Below the pieces are notes generated by a model, which saw only the letters and a program-made list of their open reading frames with translations, made no database searches and was not told the origin of the DNA. Both the position numbers and the translations under genes were made by a program. Shown here piece by piece: positions 15,101-27,100 of a stretch of 64,000 nucleotides of DNA. The DNA comes from Botryllus schlosseri (lineage: Eukaryota), in assembly GCA_051294905.1 (NCBI GenBank), contig CM119371.1:30878001-30942000 (forward strand), in the 5' to 3' direction. Numbering within the stretch: position 1 is the stretch's first letter; each line of letters opens with the position of its first letter.

Positions 15101-18100
15101 ATGGGGTAGGCTAACTGTCGGTGATCAAGTTTGTGAGACGAAATCAGCTTTCCCCACTGTGTCTAAAACACTATTCAGGTTTGTTGTCTTGGCGTACAAT
15201 GTCTTCTGGTGAATTAAACTGCAGATGACTAACCTACGGAGGCTGGTTATCTCAAATGAAACGGAAAGTTTGAGATTTTGTCATTGCGTCTGAGATGTTC
15301 CAAGCGTTTTTGAAGCAGAGGAACTGCGCCTTTAATGTCGCACCCTATCAGAGTGGCAACCCCTTAAAAAGTATGGTGTACCTATGGTTGCGCGATACAC
15401 ACGCTTTATAAGCACTGGTCTAGTCTACTCTACATACATTCTCCATCTCCTACTTTTAGTACGAGATAGGCTACTAATCAACAGCGTTCGCATCAGTTTT
15501 ATGGCCTAACAATAGACCAATACCACGTAGGATACTTACATCGTAGCAATGCCGCATTCTTACCAAGCAGTGATGCAGTGCTGCACTGCAGATTGGAACT
15601 CATTACGAAACGGCGGGCCGTATTCTTGTGGTAACTAATTATTTCGTCGCGGGCCGGACGATTTCGCTTGGCGGGCCGGATCCGGCCCGCGGGCCGTAGG
15701 TTGCCGACCCTTGCTCTACGAGATGATAGAGCGCCTATAGAGCACCGAATCTCAAGTTAATGTTCTCATCAATCAACTCAGGCAAAAAAGTAATGAGAGC
15801 ATAAATCTCACTTGGATAATCTTTTGCTTATTGTCAGTATGGAGGGCAAGCAACCTGATGAGGTTCACAGCCTCGAGATTTTCTGTCGCCGATGACGAGT
15901 CGGGATCGAATAGTTTCGTCACAATCGGCAGAATCCCAGCGTCCACAATTGCTTTCTGTTGATGAGACGAGCAAGATGTAGATTCCGTTTCATAATTCCG
16001 TTTTACGAACCTTGTTTCCATCATTTGACGCCAATTTATTGAGTGCTCCAAGAATTTCTTCCACAGAGAATGAGCTCGTGATTGTGCTCATGCTCATGCT
16101 CATGTTCCCAACGTGAGTGACAGTGGACACAGCTGATTTGAGCATCTTCAGGATAAATGGAATCACTTTGGCTCCTATCAATATCAACAGATCGAGTTGC
16201 ATTTGACTCGATTGCTTGTTGTCGATTCTTTCAACCATCCCTAACAGACACTTTGTCTTGCATTGCAGGCTTATAAATTTAGTGACAAAACCATCACACT
16301 ATCTGTGTGTTTCCATCCGGGAAATAATCCTGGTCAATGTATGAATACCTGCTGAGATTCAGCAGAGGTGGTCAGTAACGAAGTACTTCTACTTTTTCAA
16401 AGTACTCAAGTAGTTTTCCTCTACTTCTGGTACTTACTCAAGTAGATCCGATTTTCGCTACTTCTACTTCTACTTCGTAATATTTTGTGATCTACTTACT
16501 TACTTTTCGCTATTTTCAGTTTGTCAAGTAGAAGTAGTTCAATCTTCCAATCAGGAAGATAGCCTGAGAAATTTCGGGGCTGTTTTCACGGAGTATCAAC
16601 ATTTAATTGTCACAAAAGTTGAGTAAAGCCAAGAATTTTCGTCGCGCTTCGCGCGCAGGGGATATGTAGTCACCAGTGTGATTTCACGAAAGTATCGGTG
16701 AATATAATTTAGGTCGCGGGTTGGCGTGGTTCCGTTTACACCACATTGTCGCCCTTCGCCCATATGAAATAATTCATCACAGTATATATGGCTCATCATA
16801 ACGTTTGAAACTGATGTTGCGCAATCTAGCATTTACTTGTCATATCGTAATCTAGCATGTCCACGGCGTGTCCTAATCTGGAAACGTGGACTTTTTTTTA
16901 GTTTTAGAGCTGTTTTAGCACACCACCTTTGAAACTTTCTGAACTAAAGGTATGAAATACATGCTCCGCTTTTAGAAGTAGTATTTATATTTCACTTATA
17001 ATTCCCAGTATCATATACTTTGAGTTTTAATTAATATCAGTTCTTTTGTCTGGATAAGATACATGTTGAGGTATAAAAGCAAGTGTAGTAATGCCTTTAA
17101 TTTCCGGAAATAAAGCTACACAATATGGCATTTTTACGGTCCACCATATTTTTTATTAACGTTTACTAATCGCGCAAAGTGTTTACACCGTATCCTATGC
17201 AACTTCTCCGTATTGCTCTTTGACTAAACTACGGGCCTTATAATATGGGGATGGCGCCGTACCATGGTATTTTCTAAAACGTGCTATTCGAGTAAACAGA
17301 TGATTAGAATCGCATTTCCATATCAATACTATCATGATGTTGATGAATGCTTATGCTATCGAAAATTGGATACCTGTTGGTATGCATCAATATGAATCAC
17401 GCTCGTCACCTTTCGCATAGCTCAATTTGCACCTTTTTACAATCCATGTGAACGAAGTAGGATCGTTTTCACAACTACTTACTTACTTGAGTACTTTCAA
17501 AGTCAGTCAATTCTACTTCTACTTCAAGTAGTTTTAGGTTGCTTATGGAAGAAGTACTTCTACTCGTACTTGAGTAGATTTTTTCGTCGCTACTTCTACT
17601 TCTACTTGAGTAGCATTCTTGACTACTTTGACCACCTCTGAGATTCAGCGAGGAAGAAATGGATTGAAATTGATTTTTAAGAAGACACTACTGTCATTAC
17701 TGTGAATAAGTTGCTGACAGTGCAGCAAACGCAAACAAAAAGAAACGCTCTCAAACCTGACTCGATTATTGAGTTTTCCTCCTCATTTATGCAATAGGCG
17801 AGGACAAAAAAGACATATGCTTTGATGTAGAGAGGCTGTGAGTTCTTGTAAGCAAATATCTTTTCAATCCCGTTGTTCCTTCTTATGTGGTTTCTGATTT
17901 GGTTGGCATTCCGCACCAGGTTATGTAAAATTGCCAAGTCTGCCTGTGAAAGAACCGTTTCTGAAAATATTCGCTTCAAAAATTTTAAAACCAGGTCTTG
18001 GCCTGCGTGGCCTACTGACTCCGAGCCTTAGCGACGTTGGAATAAGATCATAACGTTTGATATGGTCACCTCGATCATATACGATAAACTGGGTTGGGCA

Positions 18101-21100
18101 AGTTTCTGGACATTCAGCTGTGGGAGGGTGAAATCCTTCATCAGTCTGTCAATGAGGGCGTCATCCTTAAAGCAGGCAGCGGCGAGACTCTTGCACTCGT
18201 CCGAGAAATTCAACAGAATGCGTTTCATCTGTAAGCAGACACGAGTTACAAGCATTCCGCACAATGTCATAATGTCAACATACGGACCGTCTTTAGAATC
18301 TTGAAAAGAACATGTTCGGTGTTGCTGTAGAACGCATTGGGATTTTCATGACACCGATCCCACAGTCTGACAAAAGTCTTCAAAATGCCTTCCTTGAGGA
18401 GAACGTCACAAATCATATCCAAAACCGTTGGTTTGTAAAGGAACTTGAAAATCGTCTGGATAACAAAAGCTATATTGATACACGACTCACAACAGAATGA
18501 ATCCAAACCAAGTATCCTAAAAAATAGACCGAATCATCCTGTGTTTCGGGTAGTTAAAATAAGCTGCCTACGCGGCCACTTGCTGACACTATGGTGTGTT
18601 TTCTGGTTTGCATTGTTTGGCCCAGTGCTCTTCAAATGGTGTCCACCAAAATATGCATGAGGTATATCAGCATGAAACAGCATTCAAGGGTGCATCAAGA
18701 ACTTGTCAGACCATATTGACTTGAGTGTGGAAACCAAAATTCAAGTAATTAAATACTGGATCTATGGTCAATCTGTGAATTAATCAATCCAAAGATTATG
18801 ATTATGATTATAACTATAATGTATAAAATCATTTAGTCTCACTTTTTGCAATGCAATTTATCGCACCAGCGATTAGGAAGTAGATAATTTTCATACCAGA
18901 ATGTAAGATGTTTAAGTATTCATTTGAATTGTTATGATAGGTAGTATTGTGTTCAGTGCATATGGAGGAAATTTTGGAACACACAGCGAATCGACTATAG
19001 AGCTTTTTATATTTGCTGCAGCCTTTGGCCAATTTGCCTGGAGCTGATTCGATCTCTAACATCATTGTCAATTATACATATACAGTTGATTCCTCTTAAT
19101 TAGAGCACTGGGGGTTCTGCTCACTTTTGGCCGAATTAGGCGGAAAAACGACTATGTCCGAAGGCGTTAAATCAATTGTTCGTTACATAATCATGGGTAG
19201 AGGCAGACAACGCATTGAAAATACTGTTATGTTAGGTATTAAATGAATTGCAGCTGCTCTATCATGCAGTAATCGGCACTGATCGCACAAAGTACAAAAG
19301 AGTGATACCTTACGTTTGGTTATATTGTGCAGTACCGTGCTGTATTTCGATACCAAACGATTCAACAAATACTTTATACCAGCACTTGGTCCTTACCCTT
19401 GACTGACCCGTAGAACCCCAAATTTTCGTTTAGTTGTAAACACAAAAATCTATCTCGATTCAAATCTAACTATGGAAAATCAGCGTTACATCTCCTGTTC
19501 TCTTTCAGACACTAGTTAAGAAATGCGAGGCCGAACCTCGGAAAGTGTCATCGTATTGTTCGGTCGAAACGCAACTGTGTGATACTAATTGCTTATTTAC
19601 ATATGAGTTATTAATACCTAAAATAGAATTGGCATTTAGGAAGGTCACAATTACACTATCGAGCAAAATTGCCTGTAACCCAGGCGTTGCCAACTCAAAA
19701 CAGGTCTCGGGCCACTTTTCAAAATTCGTAGAGGCCGCGAGCAGCTTGACTTTAACAGCAACGTTTTGATGAATCTACGCCAGCACGACGCTGGGCACTG
19801 TAACATGGGCGACGGCCATAATTACCACAAAAGAAAAAATATTTTACTGAGGAAATACCAATACAACAAAAGAAATCATGATCATCACTTCCATTCTATT
19901 TTGAACTATGAGCTGCGTACGATACCTGACAATACTCTTCAGCATAGGGGTGGGCAACCTTTTTGCTGTTGACGGCCGCATTTCGATTACTTATGTAGCC
20001 TACGGCTGCATTCCAGTGGATATAGTCGTAATGAGCAAACTGGAGGCCCAATATCCATGTTAAACTGCCCATGCCCATTGCCAGTGAATTCCGGACTAAT
20101 CTATTTACTCATATCGGCTTACTATGCGCATCGAAATCGCGACTAGTCAGGGATTTGTTTTCTCGTCAAAATTTTTTCATATTCTTAGCGAATTTCGTCA
20201 TTTATATTAGTATTGTTTCACATATCACTATCGAATATTTATCTTTCCTCAGCCCATGTGATCAAATTCGCAGGAAGAGTTGATGTAGGAGGTGTCTTCG
20301 AGAATTTAGGGAAGTTATTAATGCTGCGCTCCATCTTTTGGTGGGTCAATTGTTGTTAGACCCCTGCTGTTATTCCTTGACATCCCATCAGGATTGTCAG
20401 TATAGTGAAAAGATATTGGATTCGCCCAAACTTAGGCTTATCAGAAAAAAAAACTTCCTTTGTGGTAAGGAGAACACAATTACAAATTGGTATTTCTTTA
20501 TGGGGCGCATCATTTTCTTCTGCGGTTCGCATCTGTACTGTTCGGCTCAGATTACAAAGGACACTACTGTATTAAAATCGAAAATCAACCATTCATATCG
20601 GCAAATTCTTCCTCAATGGAATGATATTACCATCACCGAAGCCGTATTAGTTGGTGAGGGATAGTGATATTGGGTACAGGAGAAGAGCTTTTCGAACAAC
20701 AACAACAATGTGTTTAAACTGAAATGAATTTCAAAGTGCTTTAGTAATCGTTCTTCCGACATTTCAAATCAGGTCGCGGGCGGCAAAATATGGCCTCACG
20801 GGCCGCGCGTTGGTAACCCCTGCTGTAACCACATGCTGGCGAAGACAATTCATCACAAATCATATGTGACTTGACCTCCATGGAACGGTCCCTGAACGGT
20901 CCCTGACACTGGCTCATCGAACCCCTAGTGTTCTGTGGGATGCCGGTAAGAGCCACTGCTTCAAACTATTCACTGTATTACTGTGTTAATGTGTAACATA
21001 CACACATAGGGTTGAAATAGCACAGTAATTCTTCAAATACAGTCCCAAGCAGCAAAGGCTGAAAGAGTATTTTCACCTGATAAAAGTAGGCCAACTATAC

Positions 21101-24100
21101 TTAACAGTAGGAATTGAAAGAAAAAATATTTTAGCTAGGCAGAAAACATTTCTGCATCATTCTGTTCTACAAAATGGACGCAACTTTCCCAAAGTAAAAG
21201 CGACTATAAAGCTGACATGGCCTTATATGAATTCCTTATTATCAATTGGTAATGTATCGATTGTCCCTGTTTCACCATTATTACTCCTTTTGTGTTAAAC
21301 AAACAGAGCTGCTTATTTTGCCATCACCCAATGATAAGAATTTCTAAGCTATATCCGAATCAAGTGAAAAGTTGTTCGAAATATTTATTGATCTGGCGAA
21401 AAAAAGTTTAGGAATTCCTGCACAAAACAGAGTGCTTGAGTTAGTCAGAACAACTTGAAGAGTTCACTACACTTAAAAAGGTTGAAGCGAACTGATTTAT
21501 CCTAAGGGTAAGCTATCGCTTGTACCTTTGAAATTTCCTGCAGATGATCCAGCGAGGTTTCATCAAAGTTTTGTGAGAGCCTGAGATGCTGCACAGATTC
21601 CTGAAATTCATTCAAATGATCTTGGAGCAGTCTTGACAGTGATAGATTCATTTGTGAGCGTCAAGTATGACAGTTCAATGAAACATGGCCAAATTTTCAA
21701 AAAAATTCGATGGGTATGACATTTCAACGGAACATTCAAATTCAAAAATAAACCGTACGGTTTGACATCTCCATGAAGCTTTGGCAAAGGATTAGGAAAA
21801 AATGCTTGTATTTAATATCCCTACAGAAAAGCTATTACTCATCCATACCTTTAGAATTCCATTGAGATCGTCCATTGGGGTTTCATCAAAGTTTTGTGAC
21901 CGCTTGAGCTTCTGCACAGATGCTGCACCTTCCATCGAATGATTGAAGCGGGCTCTTGAAAGTGATAGATTAAATTGTAAGGGTTATGTATGCAGATGCG
22001 GCAAGGAAAAAAGTGCTTCTACTATTTCGAAGTACTCTATTTGCAGTCTTCACTCAAGTAATCCATTTCCACTTCTTCCTATTTTGTGACTTACTTTTTG
22101 CAATTTACAGTTTGCCAAGTAGAAGTAATATATTCTTTCAATAAGAGAGACTGAGAGAGACCAAGACGGTGACATTTATGGACGTTTTTCACTGAGAGTA
22201 TATAATTTCTGTCATCCTTCGCTGGAAGTAACTGTGGAGTGAGCAATATGCTTCTACAAAAGTCTTGGTCAATGTAATAAATTTATGTAGCGGTTGTGTG
22301 ATTCATGTGCTCAATTTCATATGGCACAAGAAGTAGAGTTCAGCGAAACACTTGGAATTATACAATCTGCCACATTTACAGTTGCCTTCCTAATTGGAAA
22401 ACCGTTAATGTAGTATCATATACAACTACTCCGTGTCACTTATCTTCTTATTATCGCCAGACCTTATAATATGATGACGGGCATCTTACTGTCGCATTTG
22501 GTGAAAAGTGGCACTGAGACGAAAAAGGGTTAGATTAGAAGCACTGTTCTATAGCAAAACTAGTATTTGTATGGTGTATCACATGATGCCGTAGAACCCG
22601 TATGTGGTTGAAAGATATATCTCTAGTAAGGGATGTAGCACCACAGACCCAGCTCTCTACACCCAGGCGCGTAGTCAGAGGGGGGATCTCGAGGGTCGAA
22701 ACCCCCCTTCTGAAACGCAAAACTCCGTCTTTTTGAAATGACCATTCTGACCCTAATATTCAGTTGCAATTCAATAAGTCGTATTATCAGTGTTGCGCGC
22801 AGCCGTGACCAATTAGCAAGAAGCATGTTGCCAATTAGCGAGATTTGTCTGTGCACAATGCAACGCGATGCGCCGTCGCGCCTCCAACAAGCCTAGTTCC
22901 GTTGGCTTGAAGAATTGCATCTGCAATAGGCCCGATGCGCACCATGCCATCGCTCTCCTGCACAATCGCATCTGCGCACAAAATCATCGTTTGCCTACAG
23001 AATCGCACAAAAGATATCATCGCTGGCCTAACTATCGCGTCTCGGACCTAGCACACTTTGGCGCCTATCTCTCGATGGCTTGGAGACAATGCCGGTAAGT
23101 GTATGCTGATTAGCGATTGTGATTCAAGAGTGCTATCGCGAAACTGAATGACTTCAAATGTCGGCAAACATGTGCCTGCGTACATGCGTATTGCATAATT
23201 GATTTCCGATAGTACTTGAACATAACCATCAGAAGATCTGTGTCAACGCTTGAGTTATAAAAGATCAGGCTTGAACCACCTGAAATCGATGTCATTATAG
23301 AACAGATTCCAAAACAACTCGGATATTTTTGCCTGTGAAAATGGAGACCACGTAATCGTGCGTATTTAATTGGTCACGAGAGTTCAAGGACTCGCTAATT
23401 GGCAGCACTTCCGGACTCATTGACAAGCTCACCATACGCGAAAGTTCGCCAACACGAGGAGATTTTATAATCGTCGATTTACGGATGTCCTTAATCTTAA
23501 TGAATTGATTGCTATAATAGTAAATTCGAAAAAATTGACTCCCCCCTTCCATTTTTCGGCTGGCTACGCGCCTGTCTACACCGTACGCATATGTCAGTTT
23601 TCAGAATTTTGACGGTCCATGAGAGCGTAGCACTGAATTTTAAAACTACCGGTAGCCATTTACGGGACTACTTTTCAACGACGCCCAAACTACTGGTACT
23701 TTGAGCTGCTTTGAAAAGCGCTATTTTTACTCGCACTCGAGTAGAATTGTGCGTTGCTACTTCTACTTGAGGTGCCTACTTTGAACAGCTCTGTGTGTAT
23801 GACATGTGGTTCAAGCATTGGCGAAGATTCAGAACAATTTGCCAGGTATGATATATCGATGAAATTTGAAGGCACTGTCATCATGTTCACTTTCAGATGA
23901 TGACGGTAGTGAAACTGTAATGATGGAGTAGCGTAGTATATTCAGGAGTATTCGCGATGTTAACTAAATTTAGGCGGTGCCCGCAGGCCTAGACACGCAC
24001 GGTTCGATTTGAAATCTCTTCCTGCTTTTATCCACGGTCGCATTGTATTCATCCGCTGAAGTGGAGTGACCATGTGTGACAATGTTGACGATGCCATCGG

Positions 24101-27100
24101 CGGTATGTGAGACAATGTCAACCATACAAATTCTCATAGTCAATTTTCCCAGTTGAGTAGAGAAGAGACTCGTTCTCGGAACATTCTGGATAAAGATCAC
24201 CTTCATTATTAATACGTACAAAATATATGTTTATATTAAAATAAAACCGAATGGTTTGGGGTTCCGGCAGTAATCGGCAGCGAATAGTCGAGTTCTCAAA
24301 AGAACAATACATAAACAGCCATATCTCCAGCATAAAGTTTAAATATCAGTTCAAATATGAAGTTGAAGGTAATAAATATGAAATGCCGACTGGAAATTCT
24401 TGATAAGTCATACAACCAATTGGTAAAATAATCAATTGGAAGAGAATCAAAAGTCAGAATTTATAGACCTTGCAGGGAACAAACTTGTTTTATATCTTCA
24501 AGTACCATTGCAGTGTTGCTTACTTTGGGCTCCAGCTTCGTTTTTTTTGTGCCTTTGGTCTCAAAAAGTTTTGGAGGCATTGCTTCAATATAACAGTTGG
24601 TAGCACGTCTTATGTTTTCCATCACTCCTTGGTTAGCAGGATCCATATAGTATCTTTTGATGGCTGGGTTCGACCGCGAATGCTTCTCTGTTACTATACC
24701 CGCTACTATCTGGTTGATCTCCAATTGTGCTGAGAAGTAATCACATATTAAAGGATAAAGTTCAACAAAAACTTTATTTGAACAGCAAGCAAATATTTGT
24801 CTATGATAGTCTATGTATGACAGGATAGGCCAACCTTTTCGGCCAACGGGCCACATGAGATTTACAAACCATTGCGTGGGCCCCTCAAGTATTGACTACC
24901 TTATTTTAGTTGTCTGATAGGTGCGAACCAGATTAGTCAGCGGAGAAAACAAGATTTATATTACTACACATCAAAATCGATAACAATTATGTTGATGGAA
25001 ACTCGGTGTGCATTGATATCCTAGCCGATTGAAGCGCGAAATTTCAAAGTTAACAAATGAATTTGGTCAATAATAATGTTATTTGCATATATTGCGGGTC
25101 GCCTCTGTATACCGCTGGGCTCATTTGGCAAGTACAGGATTATTCGACGCTTGAACATATCGAAGATTTCGGTGAACATGTGTCCATCATTATGTGCAAA
25201 GGTTATATCGCCGACCACCTTTATGTGAGTGCAGACGCCAAGTCATAATTGCGAATATAGTTAGACTTAATTCTGTAAATTATGTCGTAACCTGATTTCT
25301 ACTGAAGACCATTTGTCATGCAGCATTGAATAGTTTAGTTGAAGTAGTAGAGTTGAAGCACACCTTATGATCACAACTAGATGAACCCTAGGCCAATACT
25401 CATGGTGAGTAAAAGCATATTGCTTCAGGCCGTCCCTGTTTATAAGGGGGAAAATTTATCTACATTATTGGCAGTACCTTCTTGAATACTTTTTTCTGTT
25501 CCCTCAAGACGTAACGTCCCACCATGCTTGCTCAGTTGACTGAAGTGTTTCAGAGCCTTGCGTTTCGGATTATTGACATTAAATCTCTCACAATAGTCCA
25601 ATACAAATTTTGCTTGGCACTGATTCAGCGGAACGGTGGCTACCCTGATCACATGCTCTTCAAAGAACAGCCGGAACTTTTCCCGAATTACATCAGCATC
25701 AACATCTTTAAGTCCGACGATGTCAATGGAGTTGCAGCCCTGGATATAAACAACACTTCATATGTCTACATTTGCGGTAATAACAGTGCAAACGTAAAGG
25801 AAAGCAGCTACCATCATCCAGCAGATAAGTCAACGCAAAATTAGCACTGGTTTAATAATTGAGTACCGTAATTTTCCATGTATAATTGGCTATGCAGTAC
25901 GCCCCCATGTATAATACGCACCCTGAAAATAGCAGGTCAACACTGGAAAAAAGCGATGTATAATTTTAGTTTCATTTTTCAATGAAAAAAAAAACGACCT
26001 TTGAGGAATACGAACACGGCAAACAAGGTATCATATCAGTCTAAACTTCATTTTAAAGGGCAACCTACTACAATGTAAGAATGGTGTCAGGCCACAACTA
26101 TGAAGATTAACGGATCAGGTGCATAGAAATCAGTAGGACGGGAACCTCCCTTTCCAGGGAAACAATGATTGAGTCGGTACTGCAATGTGTGAACATACAT
26201 ATACCCTTGGCGCAACCAAATAACTTTTCGATTGTTATGTGCATTTCGCGTAGTAGTACTACTTGACTACTTCCACTGGGTATCAATTGAAATTATTCCA
26301 AACAAACTATATATGTTGTTGTAGTCTTGATGGATGGATGTTGACGAGTTCATCATTCCATAATTGCTATTACTGAGCAGATAGTCGGCAACATGCCACA
26401 TTGGCCCTGAGTAGGTTTGGGCGAAAGTGCTGACCCTTCTGTTTTAGTAATCAGCAGAGCAAATTGAAAAGCGGTGGCGGAAAATTTTGGAATATAAATT
26501 TAGGTTCGCGACCATCTAAAGGTTGGGAACTACTATCATGGATAAACGCTACCTTTTCATAAACGGCACAATTTTCTTTGGCTATTTTCTGCACGAACTC
26601 CTTCCATTTTTCCTTTTCGATTACTTCAGCTTTGGGCCCAGAAACATCCAAATTTGAAACCCAGGTCAATCTTCTAATGACATTAGCGACTTTCGTGTGG
26701 TCCTCTTCGCATTTTGATTTAATGTACACCCCGCTGGCATTGGGTACGAATTCGGCTGCAAAAAAGTTCATGCCACTGACGGCACTTTAATATTGGACAC
26801 ACTAACACAATTACATAAATTGGGGTAGATAGCTATTCAGACGACTGTCCTCATAAGCAAAATGCAGTAAATACTGTGAAGGAGTTTGGTTTGTGTGATC
26901 CAAGTACACCAGTGGTTCCCAACCTGTGGTACGCGTACCACTGGTGGTACGCGAAGGTCTTCCAGGTGGTACGCGAGTAGATTCTGTTTTTTTTTTCGAC
27001 CGAAGGAAGTTATTGGTTCAGGTGAGGTTGATTTTGGATTTTTTTGACTAGTGGTGAAAAAACAATTCCATGCATCCCATCAACCTGGGCTGATAATGCT

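Noticed and set aside
18062..18660. Plus-strand ORFs over the ARM, PARP and transposase exons
   Set aside because: Antisense shadows of real coding exons.
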